Notes under the pieces: model-generated
Told to the model about the DNA's origin: nothing
Seen by the model: only the letters and a program-made list of their open reading frames with translations
Databases searched by the model: none
Origin: Botryllus schlosseri
Taxonomy: Eukaryota
Length of the DNA stretch: 64,000 bases
Direction: 5' to 3'
Assembly: GCA_051294905.1 (NCBI GenBank)
Contig: CM119372.1
Coordinates: forward strand, 6,078,001-6,142,000
Shown: in pieces, positions 14,558 to 29,100 of the stretch
Layout: each line of letters starts with the position of its first letter
Numbering within the stretch: position 1 is the stretch's first letter
Position numbers and translations under genes: made by a program

Positions 14558-16090
14558 TCTTAGCAGGAGAAATATTAAGTGCGTGATTAGAACTCGCGTG
14601 CGATAGTTTTGTCGTGAAATCAGTGTAACAGTTTAGGTGGGCGATTTTATTGGCATTCCTTTATAATACAATGCGGGAGCCGTTTCTCCTGGTATATATA
14701 TTGGATACGTAAATGCTTGGAATCCCGAGCCCCACAAATCCCACGGCGTTTCGCCGCGAATTCACAATCCCATGTTTTAAACGCAACCTTGTGCATTTGT
14801 AGACGTAATATATAGGTATAGGCATACGTCATGTATGGATACTTCTAGGGCTCAGCTTTGTGATAACCTCATTGGTGTGCTGATCTGCTTATCTTGTGAG
14901 AATTGGATACCGGTCAGTCGCTTGCTCGTGTTTCCTATTCGTTTGATCTGAACTTACCTACCTTACGCTATAACGCGTTCGTAAATCCGGTTACGCACAG
15001 TAGTATTCAGATTGTAAATGTCTCAAACCATATGTATTTATTGTATGCATTAAATTGGATTGAATTGAATTGGATGCAAAAGATTTTCATAACCATGAGC
15101 AAGGAAACAAGAATATATATTCATAATCTCGTAAACAGAGAAAGTATATGTTCTGCGTCCGATGTGGTTCCAGTGTTGGCAGCTTCGCCATCCCTATAAA
15201 TTGGCACCACGAGAAAAATTAGATGCGATATGTCTTGCACCGGTGCCTACGATATTCCCCGATTAAACTGTTGAAAAGCACGACCTCCGGTGGTCCAAAT
15301 AATGCATTTAGTATTAGAATGTGATTGCCCCCTGAAAACTCAAGGTTCGTGATTGTCGATTAAAATTTATTAACACGTCTCGATGTCTTGCAGCAAAAAT
15401 TCATTTCAATGACGGAATTAGGAAATAGGTAGTTACTAAGCTAACCAACTGGTTGGGTGGTCTAAGACAATGTATATCCGTCCCGGTTTTACGACGGTAC
15501 GATCAAGTTAAAGCGGGATACAGCAAACCAAGGTAGTGAACTGGTACTAGTAACATATACCCTGGTAATGGAATGAGGAAGATGTAAGATCGTTGCGGAT
15601 AGTTTACTTCCACTAACTCGTCAGTCGTGAGCTTACATCGAATTTTCTAATCGAAGCTGAATACCCCTCCTAGCCGCCATTACGCTCCATCAAAATTAAA
15701 TTGACCGCGATGTTGCGTCGTTATGCGGTCTTCCCTACGGCGATTGCGTGATTTATCCAGACGTCGGCCTTGGCGCGCAATGGGCATGATGTTATATTCG
15801 AGAGAAGAGTGTAATGAATATTTAGGAGCTAGGCAATGTATATGATTATATAGATCGTCATATGTAACAATTCCAAACCTTTTTTCAACAGTCGCTGTTT
15901 GGCCGTATTGCTGTACCCAATGGGAGAAATCGCATTGACATTGACATCCGTTCCAATTCAATGCCCGTATCGACAGAAGTTATTATGAAATATCCTACCC
16001 CCTTTTTCTTTTTTGTGAGCACTGGACTCATAAAAGTAGACGTACCCCCACATCTTCACAAGACTCAAGCCGCGTCGAACGACTGATAAA

Positions 16091-16097
16091 TATATAA
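16091..16097 (+). promoter_or_regulatory. Putative TATA box of the EGF-SEA-ZP gene
   Basis: TATATAA about 55 nt upstream of the ATG at 16150 (context AAAACATGA). Positional evidence only. Confidence 0.45.
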
Positions 16098-16149
16098 CTA
16101 GGCCCTAAGAACATTACAAAGATCGACGTGTGATATACGAATACAAAAC

Positions 16150-17123
16150 ATGAAGCTGTTGATTTTGCTATCGATTATTTCCGGCTATTTCGTGGTGCCC
16201 TCAACTTCGCAAACCACATGTTCCGTGTGCGACTGGGGGATGGTTGGGCTGAGTAAGTTGTATTTCGATTTGTATTTTATTTACTCAATGTGCTTAGCAG
16301 TGAAAAGCTTATATGTATATTAACATACACGATAACTTTTCTCCAATGACACAGTTATACGTACGCTCAATATGTGTTATAAGATGCTGTGTAGGAATCT
16401 GAAAGGCAAGTGATGCCTACAGGAATCTTTCAACTCATTTCGCTGAACGTTAGATAGACGCAATAGTGCTTGCCATGTTATTTTAACCACGTTTTTATCT
16501 CTTGAGGAGTCAAATCAGATATACGATGATGAAGTGTCATGAACTCATAATGGCATATGGTCACATTGACGAAAGTTTTTAAAAAGTATCGAGCATATCA
16601 GTATTTATGAGTTATGTATTGGGAACACAATATATACAACCCTCATTTTAGTAGATTTACATTACAAAACTATGCAGGGCTGAATAAACTAAATTTGAAG
16701 AAATATTTTCAAGTTATCGGTGTCGATGAATATAACGTGTTTTTTATCCTTTTATTCTGTATATATCAGCGACACGATATCAAAATTATTAATCAATTGG
16801 TTTTCGACAATCTCCAGTATTTCTGATCAGAGGATTTTGCTGAAGAAGCAGTGGAATTGTTACATGATAAGTAATATGTTTTATGCTATACCTTCCAACC
16901 ATGTATACGCGAATTTAAAGTATTTTTTCAACCAAATAATGTCCTACAGTATCCAATGGATACTTTCCATTCATTTGATATGTCGTATCATTCCCAGAAC
17001 TAAATTTTTATCCTTTATTTTGCTATGTTGCAGATGATGGATCTACTGTATTAAAACGTTTCGCAGACGACGAAGCCAGTGCCAACACCACATGGGATAA
17101 TATGATATCGTTTGGTTTAACCG
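16150..17123 (+). CDS. Exons 1-2: signal peptide and short N-terminal segment with a CxxC pair
   Basis: [64 protein letters not shown]. Hydrophobic h-region; phase-1 donors at 16253 and 17124. Confidence 0.8.
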
Positions 17124-20100
17124 GTGGGTGCCGTAATTGGTTATAGATTTTTGTTCTACTGTAACAAATATTATCCTCCCTTTACTCCCAGAAATCGGTA
17201 GACTTTAGCCATTTTTTGAATGGCGTAGCACTTCTAGGATAGTTGGATAATATTCGTGATCAGGTTAATAACAAACACGTGAACAGAGACAATTGATATT
17301 ATGTAGTGACGATAACCAGTGTTTCTGTATAAATTGATGCAAGAACCGGTCAAAAGATATTTGTAGCATAAAACCTATACTTATTCTGGAAGGCAATTTT
17401 TCATAATAATGGCGTGGCGTCAAGAAAATACAATGTGACTATTGAATTATATGACGTCACGTTGGGAATTTGGACGGTTATTGGGGCTTTTACCCTTACT
17501 ACAAAACCAGATTATCCTTTGAGAATGAAGTCGTGAGTGGGACAGTAAATACCTTGTCTATGTCTAGTCACCAGCTATCCTGTTTCGGGCATTGAAACGC
17601 CTAAACAGAGTTAAGCTTTGTGTGATGACCCTCCAGTCATCGGCCTAAGACATTTAGTACGTACGCGTATCTGTCCACAAAACTTGAAGGGGTCCGTGAT
17701 CAAAAAGGTTTAAGAAGTTTAAGAGATATGATGAAAACACTTTGTTATTGCGCAATTTCTTTTTATACCAGCCGTGACCGCGGACGATGCGTGCAATACT
17801 CACAACGCGTGCGGGGACAATTCAACTTGCAACACTCGCACGACCTACTTTTTCCTATGTGATTGCGAACAATCCTTCACCCCAAACAGAACGAGCGTGA
17901 ACTTCAATTGCGCGGGTATGTCAATAGAATTGTAATTTACCACTCCAAATGAACAAGGAACTCTGACAGTTGATTTGAGTCTGTGGCCTACGTACAGAAG
18001 GTTACTAATCAATTATATCTTTGATGCAGACACTGACGAATGTAACGAGAACACGCATAATTGCTCCAACAACGCAACATGCAACAACACAAGTCCTGGT
18101 TTCGATTGCACGTGTAACACTGGCTACACTGGCAATGGAACTTACTGCGAAGGTAAGCTGAGCAGAGACAGACCATAATTTATAGTGGTTTTAGTATTTA
18201 TTAATTACACTATACACGTCATATATTTATTATTAGAATAATAATAAAAATTACTTGTAAACTGGTACATGTGAATGCACCTATACATCCTTTGGTAACA
18301 TTCTACAAAATGCCGATGGAATACAGTAATTCCTGATTGATTTTTGGCATATATATCAAGAGTTAATATCAGATAAGTAATTGTCCATTCTCAACGCATC
18401 TTTTACGGATAGGCAAATTTCAATATTCACAACAACGTTTTCAACGGAATATTATTTGGCCGTAGCTTTTCGGTTGACACTTGGCAGGAATCACCCCTCA
18501 CAATGTAAAAAATAATACAATAAAGTTACTAGAAAGCTTAGCTCGTATTAAGAGAGTCATGAACGATGGATTGAGGAAAGGACATTCGAGAAAGTTTATT
18601 TTCACGCAATAAGGCTAAGTTTGATTCTATATAAATTCGACGAAATATATAATACTCGACGACCTCCATTATATCTCAGAGTTCGGCATATTCGGGTGTT
18701 GTAATTGGAAATATTAAGTAGCCTACTCGAGTGACTTGCAAAACTATTTATACTTGACAAACAATATGCATGTGATTGTTCCAAGCGGTATGGATGGAAT
18801 AGGGTTGGGGTATGTCGTCAGTCACAACAGACGGAAGTGATACCAATTAAGGTTACCAGACTCCCGGGATTCCTCCTCCTTCGACCGATCCGTCATCGCT
18901 TCAAGTTGCGCAACGCTCCCTACACATGTTTTCCTTAATCAACAGATCAATTTGTTTCGCTCGATTCAACCGCGCTAGTCACGGCCAAAGCGTGCAAATG
19001 GCAGAATCGACGATTCCTTTGATAAGTCCTCGAAGCTGAAAGCTACAGATCCAAAAATATGACCTGGCCACGCCTATGATCTAATCACCGTTTGAGTGCG
19101 ATAACAGCGCGTTCAGCGTCACATCCTATGACGACAATGTTCACGCCCTATTGTAGCAACGGTTGATTGATCTATTCATCGATGCGTTCAGTCCGTGAAA
19201 AGAACTTTCGCATTCTCATCTTTGGCGTGATGAGTGCTTTGACGACTGTTTTATTAACAAGACTCCCCGAGAATGCTCACGTTCATCCATATACGTTATG
19301 CGTGTAGTCTTTCAATGAGCTGGTGCTAAATACTTACCATATAACTCGCCAGAGCCACAGACGATTGTCACCGACGCAACTCAAGTGGCGTTGTCATTAT
19401 GACGTCATAAACACGATGTTGCTACAATGGCTGTTGAGCCAAATAGTACCTCAACACAATTCGCTCATAAAATTAAGTTTGTTTGTTTCCTAGATGTGGA
19501 CGAATGCACTAATGGCTCGGACAATTGCGCGGACGTTGGTGGAAACTGCACGAATACCGATGGCAGTTTCACTTGCGCTTGCGACACCGGCTATAGCGGC
19601 GACGGAGTAAATTGCACAGGTTGGTTTAAGTATGCTATTTTGCATTCCTTTCAAAGTGTTGCTCAGTGACTGTTTATAAGAGTTTGCTCTGTGCTTAACA
19701 TACCAAGTGTCTAGTTTGATGTTATATGATATCCAAATATGAGTTGGGTTTAAACTTAACAGGAACGAAGTAAATGTAAACCTTCCATCTCTGATCCTCA
19801 ACCAAATGATGTACCTGCCAACCCATTTGAGCACAATAGTTCGACACTAGAGGATGCTCTTGTCGCAGATGAATATGTGACGCGACCTAAACATTTTGTA
19901 TGCACGATTATTTCAAATGTCTTGAATTCCGATTTAGAAGTTCGTATAATCCAAGGCAAAGGGTTATAGAAACTATATAGTACGCGTACGCCAGTATACT
20001 TGTCCGATACTGTACGAGTTTACGTATAGTCGTATACAGCATACACTGTAAGTGACTTGAATATATATTGACGAACAACACATTCAGACATCGATGAGTG

Positions 20101-23100
20101 CGCTGTCGGGACTGCCAACTGTGACACCAACGCCAATTGTACCAACACCAACGGCAGCTTCACGTGTACTTGCAATACGGGATACAGCGGTGACGGCGTT
20201 ACTTGCGACGGTAAGTTGACAGATATCTGCTATCCTGCTGTGCTGCCTATAGTACCTATATGTTATCATTACCAAAATACCAGAAAGGCGGGTAAATAAG
20301 TATGACGTCAATATTTGTATTCAAAGACATTAACGAATGTACGGATGGCTCACACGATTGCGATACAAATGCAAATTGTACCAACACGAATGGAAGCTTC
20401 ACTTGCGCTTGCAACACTGGCTATACCGGAGATGGCAGGAACTGTTCCGGTATGTAATATTATTTATGTGTCGTCAACAGAGTCCGAGTTATATTTATCA
20501 GCGGTTATCCACACTCTAGTTATAGGCGGTGATGGGCACAACGATTCTAGTATCAATTATACTTATGCTAGTGAAATAGTGAGAGTCGATTTCAGACTAA
20601 GTAATAAGTATATTCACGGGAAGATATTCTGTTAATGATAGCGACCGATCCTCGCAATGGTCACAAATCAACATGTTCCTGATTTGGATGACGTATAATT
20701 GGCATCAATTTGCTAGTGGCCATAATAAGATACATATTTCCAAGTCATTGTCACGGTTATGAAGTCATGATAGGGGTGCTCAATTGCTCGAATCGACTTT
20801 GATTCGAATTTACCATGGACGCCATTTTGACCAGCTCAACAAAATATATTTGATCAGGCGACTATTGCAGCTTTCGATACGGCCGGATTCATATAGTATC
20901 AGCGATTCGGAACACGATAACCTTTTTATAGCATAACACAAGTCTTTACGAAGCTTCCATTTCCCATAGCACTTACCTACAGGCCTATATATCAACGTAA
21001 CTATCAGGGAGGATTTCATCCACACTAAGTTCACCATTGCCGATTTTTCAACCATATAATATTCACATTGGCTTCGACGGCTACCAATGATTTTCAGATA
21101 TCGATGAATGCACAACCGGTACAAACACCTGCGGGACAAACGGAAACTGCACGAACACCAACGGTTCCTACACGTGTGAATGCGATACCGGTTACACCGG
21201 AAACGGTGTGAACTGCACAGGTACGCAAATGTGATCGGTGCCATACGCCGGCCAGGAAGGCATATATAATGTAATAAATATTACCCATGGTCGAGTATGG
21301 ATAAATACTATAGTCAGCCCTCAAGATTACCGGACCTTGATCTGACATATTATCCTCGCCCATAGAAACATGCGTCGTCCATTTTCATTATTCGTTTTAT
21401 GTTATCCCTTGTTTCTTTCGATCCAGTGTGCATGCCTCTTATTTAAATCGCCTAGGCACAGGTGGGTGTCTGATTGGCTACTTTTAGTTGTGTCGATATC
21501 CTTCTATCTTTTCATTATATCGCAGTTTTGTGGCGTTTTGAAATGATAAATGATGTTTTGATTTAGATATCGATGAATGCGCGACCAACACAGACAATTG
21601 CAGCGACACGGGCGCGAACTGCACCAATACTGATGGGAGTTACACGTGTCAATGCGACACTGGTTACACGGGGGATGGCTTCAATTGTACCGGTAAGGCA
21701 TATAAATGCGATCCGGTAACGAAATTATATGCTAAAGTAGCAGAGATGCCACTCCTGGGTTTTTCCACCCAGATCTGGGTTTTCCGAGCATCTCCTGGGT
21801 TTCTGGGTTTTTGTGCTTGAAATCTGTTTTTTTTTCAACATCATGTCTGTCAGGTCAATTTTAGGGCGCAAAATTGATTATTAGCTTAGTAAGATCCTAT
21901 ATTATCGACGGATTCTACTGTGATTGAGTCTAAAGAGATCCATTTACTATTACAATGAGAGGTCTTGGCGTGATGAGAGAGCTTAATTGAATACTGACTA
22001 CTAGGTCGCAGAAAGTCATTTTCACAAGGCAACTCTGGAGCATTTGTTTTGCAATTCAAAACGATTTAGGACTTGAATACTAGCGCTGCAACAAATTCGT
22101 TGTGCGTCAGTAAATAGTATGTAACTGCTGCAAAGTATGCAATTAATGCACATGGAAAGATCGACCAAATGTTGATCTAACTAATTTACCATGTTGACAT
22201 CAGAGTATATTCACTTTGAACAGGGACACTCAAAGAGACAGTTTGGGCACCCGGGCAAGTTATTCAGAGGGAGAGGGGTTTGTCAAATTCAAATGTACCC
22301 TTAATTTCATGATCTGGCATTTTTTTTCGACTAAACATCCCAGATAAAAGTGCTTGTCCCAGGTTTAATGAATCGAAAGATATTTTTAATCTATCTGGTA
22401 AGCTCACAGCCACTGGAACTATACCCTAAAATCATCCTCATCATAGATGGGGATTAGCATTGTGACAAACATTACGAATATATAATAAACTACGTATTGA
22501 CCCCCCCCCCCTCCATACTGAATGCCCGTAGCAATGGATAGAGAGGAAAGCATCATATTTTGATGGATTTGTTCATTTAACTGAGCAAAATGTATATGTA
22601 AATGAACAGCTGGGATTTCAATATCAAGGGCTAAAACTTCCTCAATGTCTGTATAACTGTCATTGATGACTCTCAGTCACTGTTTTGCAGCTATATCATA
22701 TAAATTTGAGTGAAATATAGGATCTGGGTTTTTCTGGGTTTTTCAACGTCCAAATCTGGGTTTTTCCAAGATATCTCAGTGGCATCTCTGTAAAGTAGTA
22801 GCAGTGTGATATTTTCTGCTCACTGAAGTTAACCTATCAATCGGTCTTCTAGCATAAGGACCATTCTGCGAAACGTTTTAATAAATATCTGGGATTTGAG
22901 AGCTGTAGTCCGCTATACGGTATGTCTGAAGGTGGCATTCTTCGCCCGCATACGGTTGACAACAATTATTTACACAACAATATAATGCTAGGATGGGGCA
23001 CTTATAAAAATTGGTGACAGTTGTACCGTAGTAAGTTTACCTTTCTCAACGTATATTATTAGCTATGCCGGTTAGAATTTTCCATTGCGATTTATTGATC

Positions 23101-26100
23101 CCGGAATCGAACTATACACCAATTTCTTTCTACATAGTCCATCTGTCACATTAGTTAAAACTTTTAGATCGCGAATATGATCGAAAATCATCACATGCAA
23201 TAGGCTTGGGGATAAGGAATATCGGCCTGCGGTACAGTGACCATGACCATAGATCTCGAAACATATCGAGACGCGGCTTCGAGGTTTAACTTTGTTGTAC
23301 AAAGTCAGAATAAGGAGTCATATTTTATTCAATTTGTGCGTCAGTGGTCCTCAAATTAGCATTATGCGGGTTATAAAGAAAATTTCATTTTCGCTCTTCA
23401 TTTTCAGATATTGACGAATGCACAACGAATACGAACGATTGTGATCCAAATGCAAATTGCACCAACACAGATGGCAGCTTTACTTGTCAATGCGACACTG
23501 GATACACCGACAACGGTGGTAATTGCACCGGTAAGAACGCGAATGAATATACAGATTAGTATCCATCCACGAACCGTACGACCTGTACGAGCTTGATACC
23601 ACACACCGCTCACAATCCTATATTTAGACATCGATGAATGCGCATTGGCAACGGATAACTGCGACGATACAGGTGCGAATTGCACGAACACGGACGGTTC
23701 CTACACCTGTCAGTGCAATACAGGCTACAGCGGCGACGGATTCAACTGTACCGGTAAGTCACTGCGATCTCCCGAAGCGTGCCTTCCGCGAGTTCTCTTT
23801 GCGAAATCGCGAAGAGCTCAAAATGGCCGTCACAGCTCGGAAATCAGATTTGATTTGAGACGTGAAAGTTAGAATAGACGCGTAGAGACGCCAGAGAGCT
23901 TGAATCTAATCCGAATTTCCTGCGGTCGCTTGTAGTTGGTGATTTTGCCCTGTGAAAATATGACTAGAAGACAAGCTGTAGCTTCAAACTTAAACATTTG
24001 TGCCATTGCATCTCGTGCACGTGAAACAAGATATTGCAGCTTTAGATGTTATTGTGATATGAAAATCAGTGCTGTCAACCATTGGGTCACGAAGCTATTT
24101 CCGAATGTTACAGTTTTTTATCCAATATATCACAGAGAGCTTCTTTGGTTGTCATGTAATGCCAGAAATTTTCTAATTGATATGAAACCTGTTTTATAGG
24201 CATAACTAGCAGCTGTTGGAGTACTGACGATCGTACATGCGGCCGTTTGTCAAAATAGGCGTTGGTTTACCTTAATCTTGGAATAAATTTAGTTATTTCT
24301 CGATAAATTCCTAGTATGAAAAACGAGCCAATCAAGCCTAGACTTGATCTGACAATATCTAATATGCTATCTCAACTTTGTCATTACTAATATACTGATT
24401 GTGTATATTCACTGTTTCTTTTGTCAATATTTTTTGTTTGTTTGGACATATCTCGTTTTGGGTCGCACAATAAAACTTCTGTCTAAAGTGGGTCGCGAAC
24501 TGAAAAGGGTGGGAAGCACTGATGTAGATGATTACGGTTAACATAAAATAGCAAAGCAAACAATAAAAACAAATTTTAAACAAGGATCATGTTACATCCG
24601 TGTATTAAATATATTTTTCATTTCAAAACACTGCTGGTATTTAAATATATACCTGTCGTCTCAGACATCGACGAGTGCACCGACAACACAGCCAACTGCG
24701 CAGCAACTGCGAACTGCACCAACACTGTTGGTAGCTTCGACTGCGGCTGTGATACCGGATATACCGGAGACGGGGTTAACTGCACTGGTAAGTCTTGCCG
24801 AATGGATTTTATATAGTTGCGCAATTGATCTCTAATCAAAAACACTGTGAGAATAATATTCCGTGCCCGATTGCATTTTCAGACATCGACGAATGCGCTA
24901 CCAGCGCTCCCTGCGACGCAAACGCGAATTGCACCAACACGAATGGCAGCTATACGTGCGAGTGTCAAGCTGGCTACACCGGAGATGGTTTGAACTGTAC
25001 AGGTATGGCAATATCGATGGTAAGGCATGCGTCGGCCGAGTTAACAACTAGGACTAAAGTTTATTAAAATTCTGAGTAAGTTTACTTTAATTCGTGTGAC
25101 TCCCAATCCAAAACCATACCCGGAAATTCCACGTCCAATCCCAATCGTCTTCACGCTTCAAAACATTTTCAACTCCAGGTTCGAATCCAGCCAAAGCTCA
25201 AGTACGAAGGGGTGCATAGGGCTGGACAGAATGATTTGACTACTTTTATCGGAATCGAGCAGTAATTTTGATTAATTGGAATTGGAATCGTGTGTACTAT
25301 GGATACAGAAATGAACATCGCAATCATAATTGGACGACTGAAATAATGTCAGCTTTCCCAAAGTACTTAGAATTATAATTATAGCTAAACAGCTTTTTTC
25401 CAAATTAAAATAGAATTAGAATTATTGCTGCACAGTTCTTTTTCTTCAAAATTACATTTTGATTAGAATTATAGCTAAGCAGCTTCTTTTTTTCAAATTG
25501 GATCAGAATTAGGCTACAATTACTGAATGCGCGAATACTTTGTAATCGATTCATTTTCAGTTCATATCTATACGTATACAGCAAGCTTGGCTCGTTTGGA
25601 AAGATACGGTTTTCATGCAGCATTTTCAGAAAAAAACCAAAAATTAGATTAAAATTAAAATTAAAGCATAGAAACATTTTCATAAATTGAACAAGAATTA
25701 GATTGCAGGAATTTCGCTTTAATTAGTCAATTATTAGACGACCAGTATTATCTAGTTGTACGAGTATGATCACTATCTTAACCTGACAACCATGCCGCCC
25801 AATTCTTCCGCAGAAAACGACGAATGCGCCAGCAATCCTTGCGACTCGAACGCTAATTGCACGGATCTAGTAAACGATTTCAACTGCACCTGCAATCCGG
25901 GATACTCCGGAAACGGCACATACTGCGAAGGTGAGCCTAATACGCCCCGCTCACCTGGCCGCTGTAACACCCTGTCGAATTCGATTCCTTGCCGCAGATA
26001 TCAACGAATGCACAGCCAATACAGACGACTGCCACGACAACGCCACTTGCGCAAACACGGCCGGCAGTTTCACCTGCACGTGTGACACCGGTTTCACCGG

Positions 26101-29100
26101 CAACGGCACAGATTGCCAAGGTAACCCAGACCTGCCCCACATAAAACACTGTAGAGTACGAGTGGAGGTAGTCTGGATCTACAACATATACTTGAGTGGT
26201 CCTATAAACTACGCTATCTATCCAGTGTAAAAATAAGTAAAAGCATACATTTTTCCTATATATATCTATATATATATATGTTAAAAAAGCGGAAGTTGCC
26301 TATACCAGCATAATCACTTGACTTTACAAATAGGAAAGAGATTACTTCAATACTCCAAGAGAGTAGCTTTCCCTAAAACAGTTCTAAGTAGTTTGGAAAT
26401 AGTCTGAGAACATTTGATGTAGGTGGGCAAAACTTACTCGACAACTCCTAAAAAGCAGAAGTGTACTTCATTTCTGATGAACTCTGCAAATAAGCTCTCA
26501 GATAATATATTGTGACAGTTGACAGCCCACCCGTTACGGGTGTGCTTGAATAACTAGTATTTGTTATTGCGGTAGTATTGTTATTGCTGAGGCCACCAAG
26601 TGTACAGTACTGAGTACGTAGAATGGACACTTGGTGGACACATGACAATGCATTCACTTGTTATCTGAACCGAACGCCTGAAATACAGCTTTCCGAAAAT
26701 GTACGTTGTATCTCCTATCATCTACAATTATAGGAGGTCTTACACACAAGATCTGATCAATAAGATCTCAGAACACAATGTAAATACTCATGTTACATAA
26801 ACTCACAAACTTATCCTAACTATCTTACAATTATACGTATGTCATAACACCGTCTTATTACGAATCGCAGACGTCGACGAATGCTCCTCGAGTCCGTGCG
26901 ACACCAACGCCAATTGCACCAACACGGCGGGTAGCTTCAACTGTGCATGCAACACTGGATATTCCGGAAACGGAGTGACGTGCGAACGTGAGTCGAGCTA
27001 TACTTTACTCGCGTGGTCTAATATAGTTTATCATTAAACCGATGATGCTTTACAGGCCAACGCCAAACCCTCAACCTCACATTCTACATAACTATGGACA
27101 GCGTCAACTACACCACCACCTTCGCAAATACATCAAGCGCCTACTACATTGACAATATTGCGCTGGCGACGGCGGCAGTAAGTTGTGAACCATTCTCAAT
27201 ATACGGGGCTGAACTTGATTCGTAGCAAAACCGGTAAACCTGTAGAAGTTGTGTATGGAGCATCATTCGATAAAAGGGAACATATTGAAACATATAAATT
27301 CGTAGTAAGAATAGGTGGTCAGTAGTAAGCATTGATAGTCAAGCAGAGGTAAAAGTAAGGCTGTAAATTCCCGCTGAATTACAAGGAAAAGTATCGATTT
27401 CCAAGACATGTCAAAAGCTACTCAAATAAGCATTTTCAAAAAGTAGATTTGGTACACGGGTAGCACACTTGGAGCATGTTAATCGGAGGTGGCTATTTTC
27501 GATATTGCAATCTTCGCGACTAACGCGAAATCACTAATGACGCTACGGATAGCTACCATCTTCGAAAATATATTCGGTTACCTGATACGGGGGCTTTTAC
27601 ACGAGGTCGTCATTAGAATTCCTCTCCTTACAGTATGCAAGCTTATGTCGAAACTGCTGTCTAAATTTTAGAATCCGTAGAAGTTTTGGCAATAACTATT
27701 CAATGACTGTTCAATCGCCCATTTTCCAGTCAGATAATCCAACTTTTGCGATTTGTAAAAGTGTCCTATTTTCCCGATCCCAAAATATGGTAACCGTAAT
27801 TTATGGTCACTGTTCTGATATCAGAGAAAAATACATAATCTTTTCAGATCAGAACATTCGTCACCGGAAGAGACGCTGCTGCAATCGTAGACGATATGAC
27901 TTTTAGCTGCAATACGAGTGCCGACGGTAACGTTTTTGAGGCGATCAGTATCGCCGTATATGTACACGGCTCGTGATGAAATTTTTCGTGTTCAGGTTTG
28001 GGATATGCTGAATGCCAAGTCAATCTCTACCTTAACAACACAAATGTTGAAGAAAATACATACCTCAGCAACGTCAATCTAACGACCGAAAACACGCTTT
28101 CGCTGAGCGCCAGTGAGTAAAGATTTGCGTCGTGTTATCACCGAAATCATAGTGTGATTATAAGCCTACTGCAGTCACAAAATGAGCGAGGTCGTGCGTA
28201 CTAATAAAGAAATACCAAACGAAATCAAAGGAATTATTTCGCATGCATATGCATAATGCAGCATATGCCATGATGCACTCATCGTATACATGTGCAGTGT
28301 GCACATGCAGATCACATGGGTATGTGTTTATGATTAGTCGGTGTATATGCCGCAAACCGTGAAGGAAAAAAATATACAAAGTCCTATGACAGCCCATGGT
28401 AGTTTTGATAATGAAATGTCATCTTCCACATAATGTCAATTTACACGGTGCCGTAAACTACTCAGTGAAAAATCAGTCAGCGACTGCTTCTAAAGACTGT
28501 TAGTGAAATTTGTCACTTTGAATTTTGTCTGTCGTCCAAAACAAAATGTTTTAGTTGTGCAGAAATGAACGATAGGCCTAAAAGTTAATTTCGCGATTCT
28601 TTAACGCAATTCAATCGCAGGTGCCGACGAATGTACGCTGGGAGTCGACGGTTGCGGGGCCGATTACACCTGCGTCGATACTCCGTACCTGTTCTGCTGC
28701 ATCCACGGTAAACAGCGTCTTGTCTCCGATACCAGAAACATGCTGTGACGTAAACGTTAACAAATGTATTACCAGATATCGGCGGAAGGTTTGACATCAC
28801 GGTGGACGAAACCTGGGTGCAGGCCTACCAAGACAGCTCCAACGAAATATTTACAAACAGATCACGTCTAGTCAGCAGTTTTGTAAGTATCATTGGCAAA
28901 GCCTCATCGGGAATTTCTGTAACTAAAATTTGTACAGATTACTGTCTCATAATTCGATGAATATTAGGAAATTACAAAACACGGCTTAATCCAGAGGATT
29001 TCTTATCTAGCAAAATTCGCGATTTGACTTTGTTCTTCTTCTCCACATATTATATATACATACGCAGTACAGGGACGGTAAAACTTTATACTTGAATGGA

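Noticed and set aside
19490..26149. Minus-strand and off-frame ORFs overlapping EGF exons
   Set aside because: Antisense or alternative-frame shadows of the GC-richer cbEGF exons.
18030..26987. Calling the gene fibrillin or Notch
   Set aside because: There are no TB/8-Cys, LNR or ankyrin modules; the gene continues into SEA, ZP and TM.
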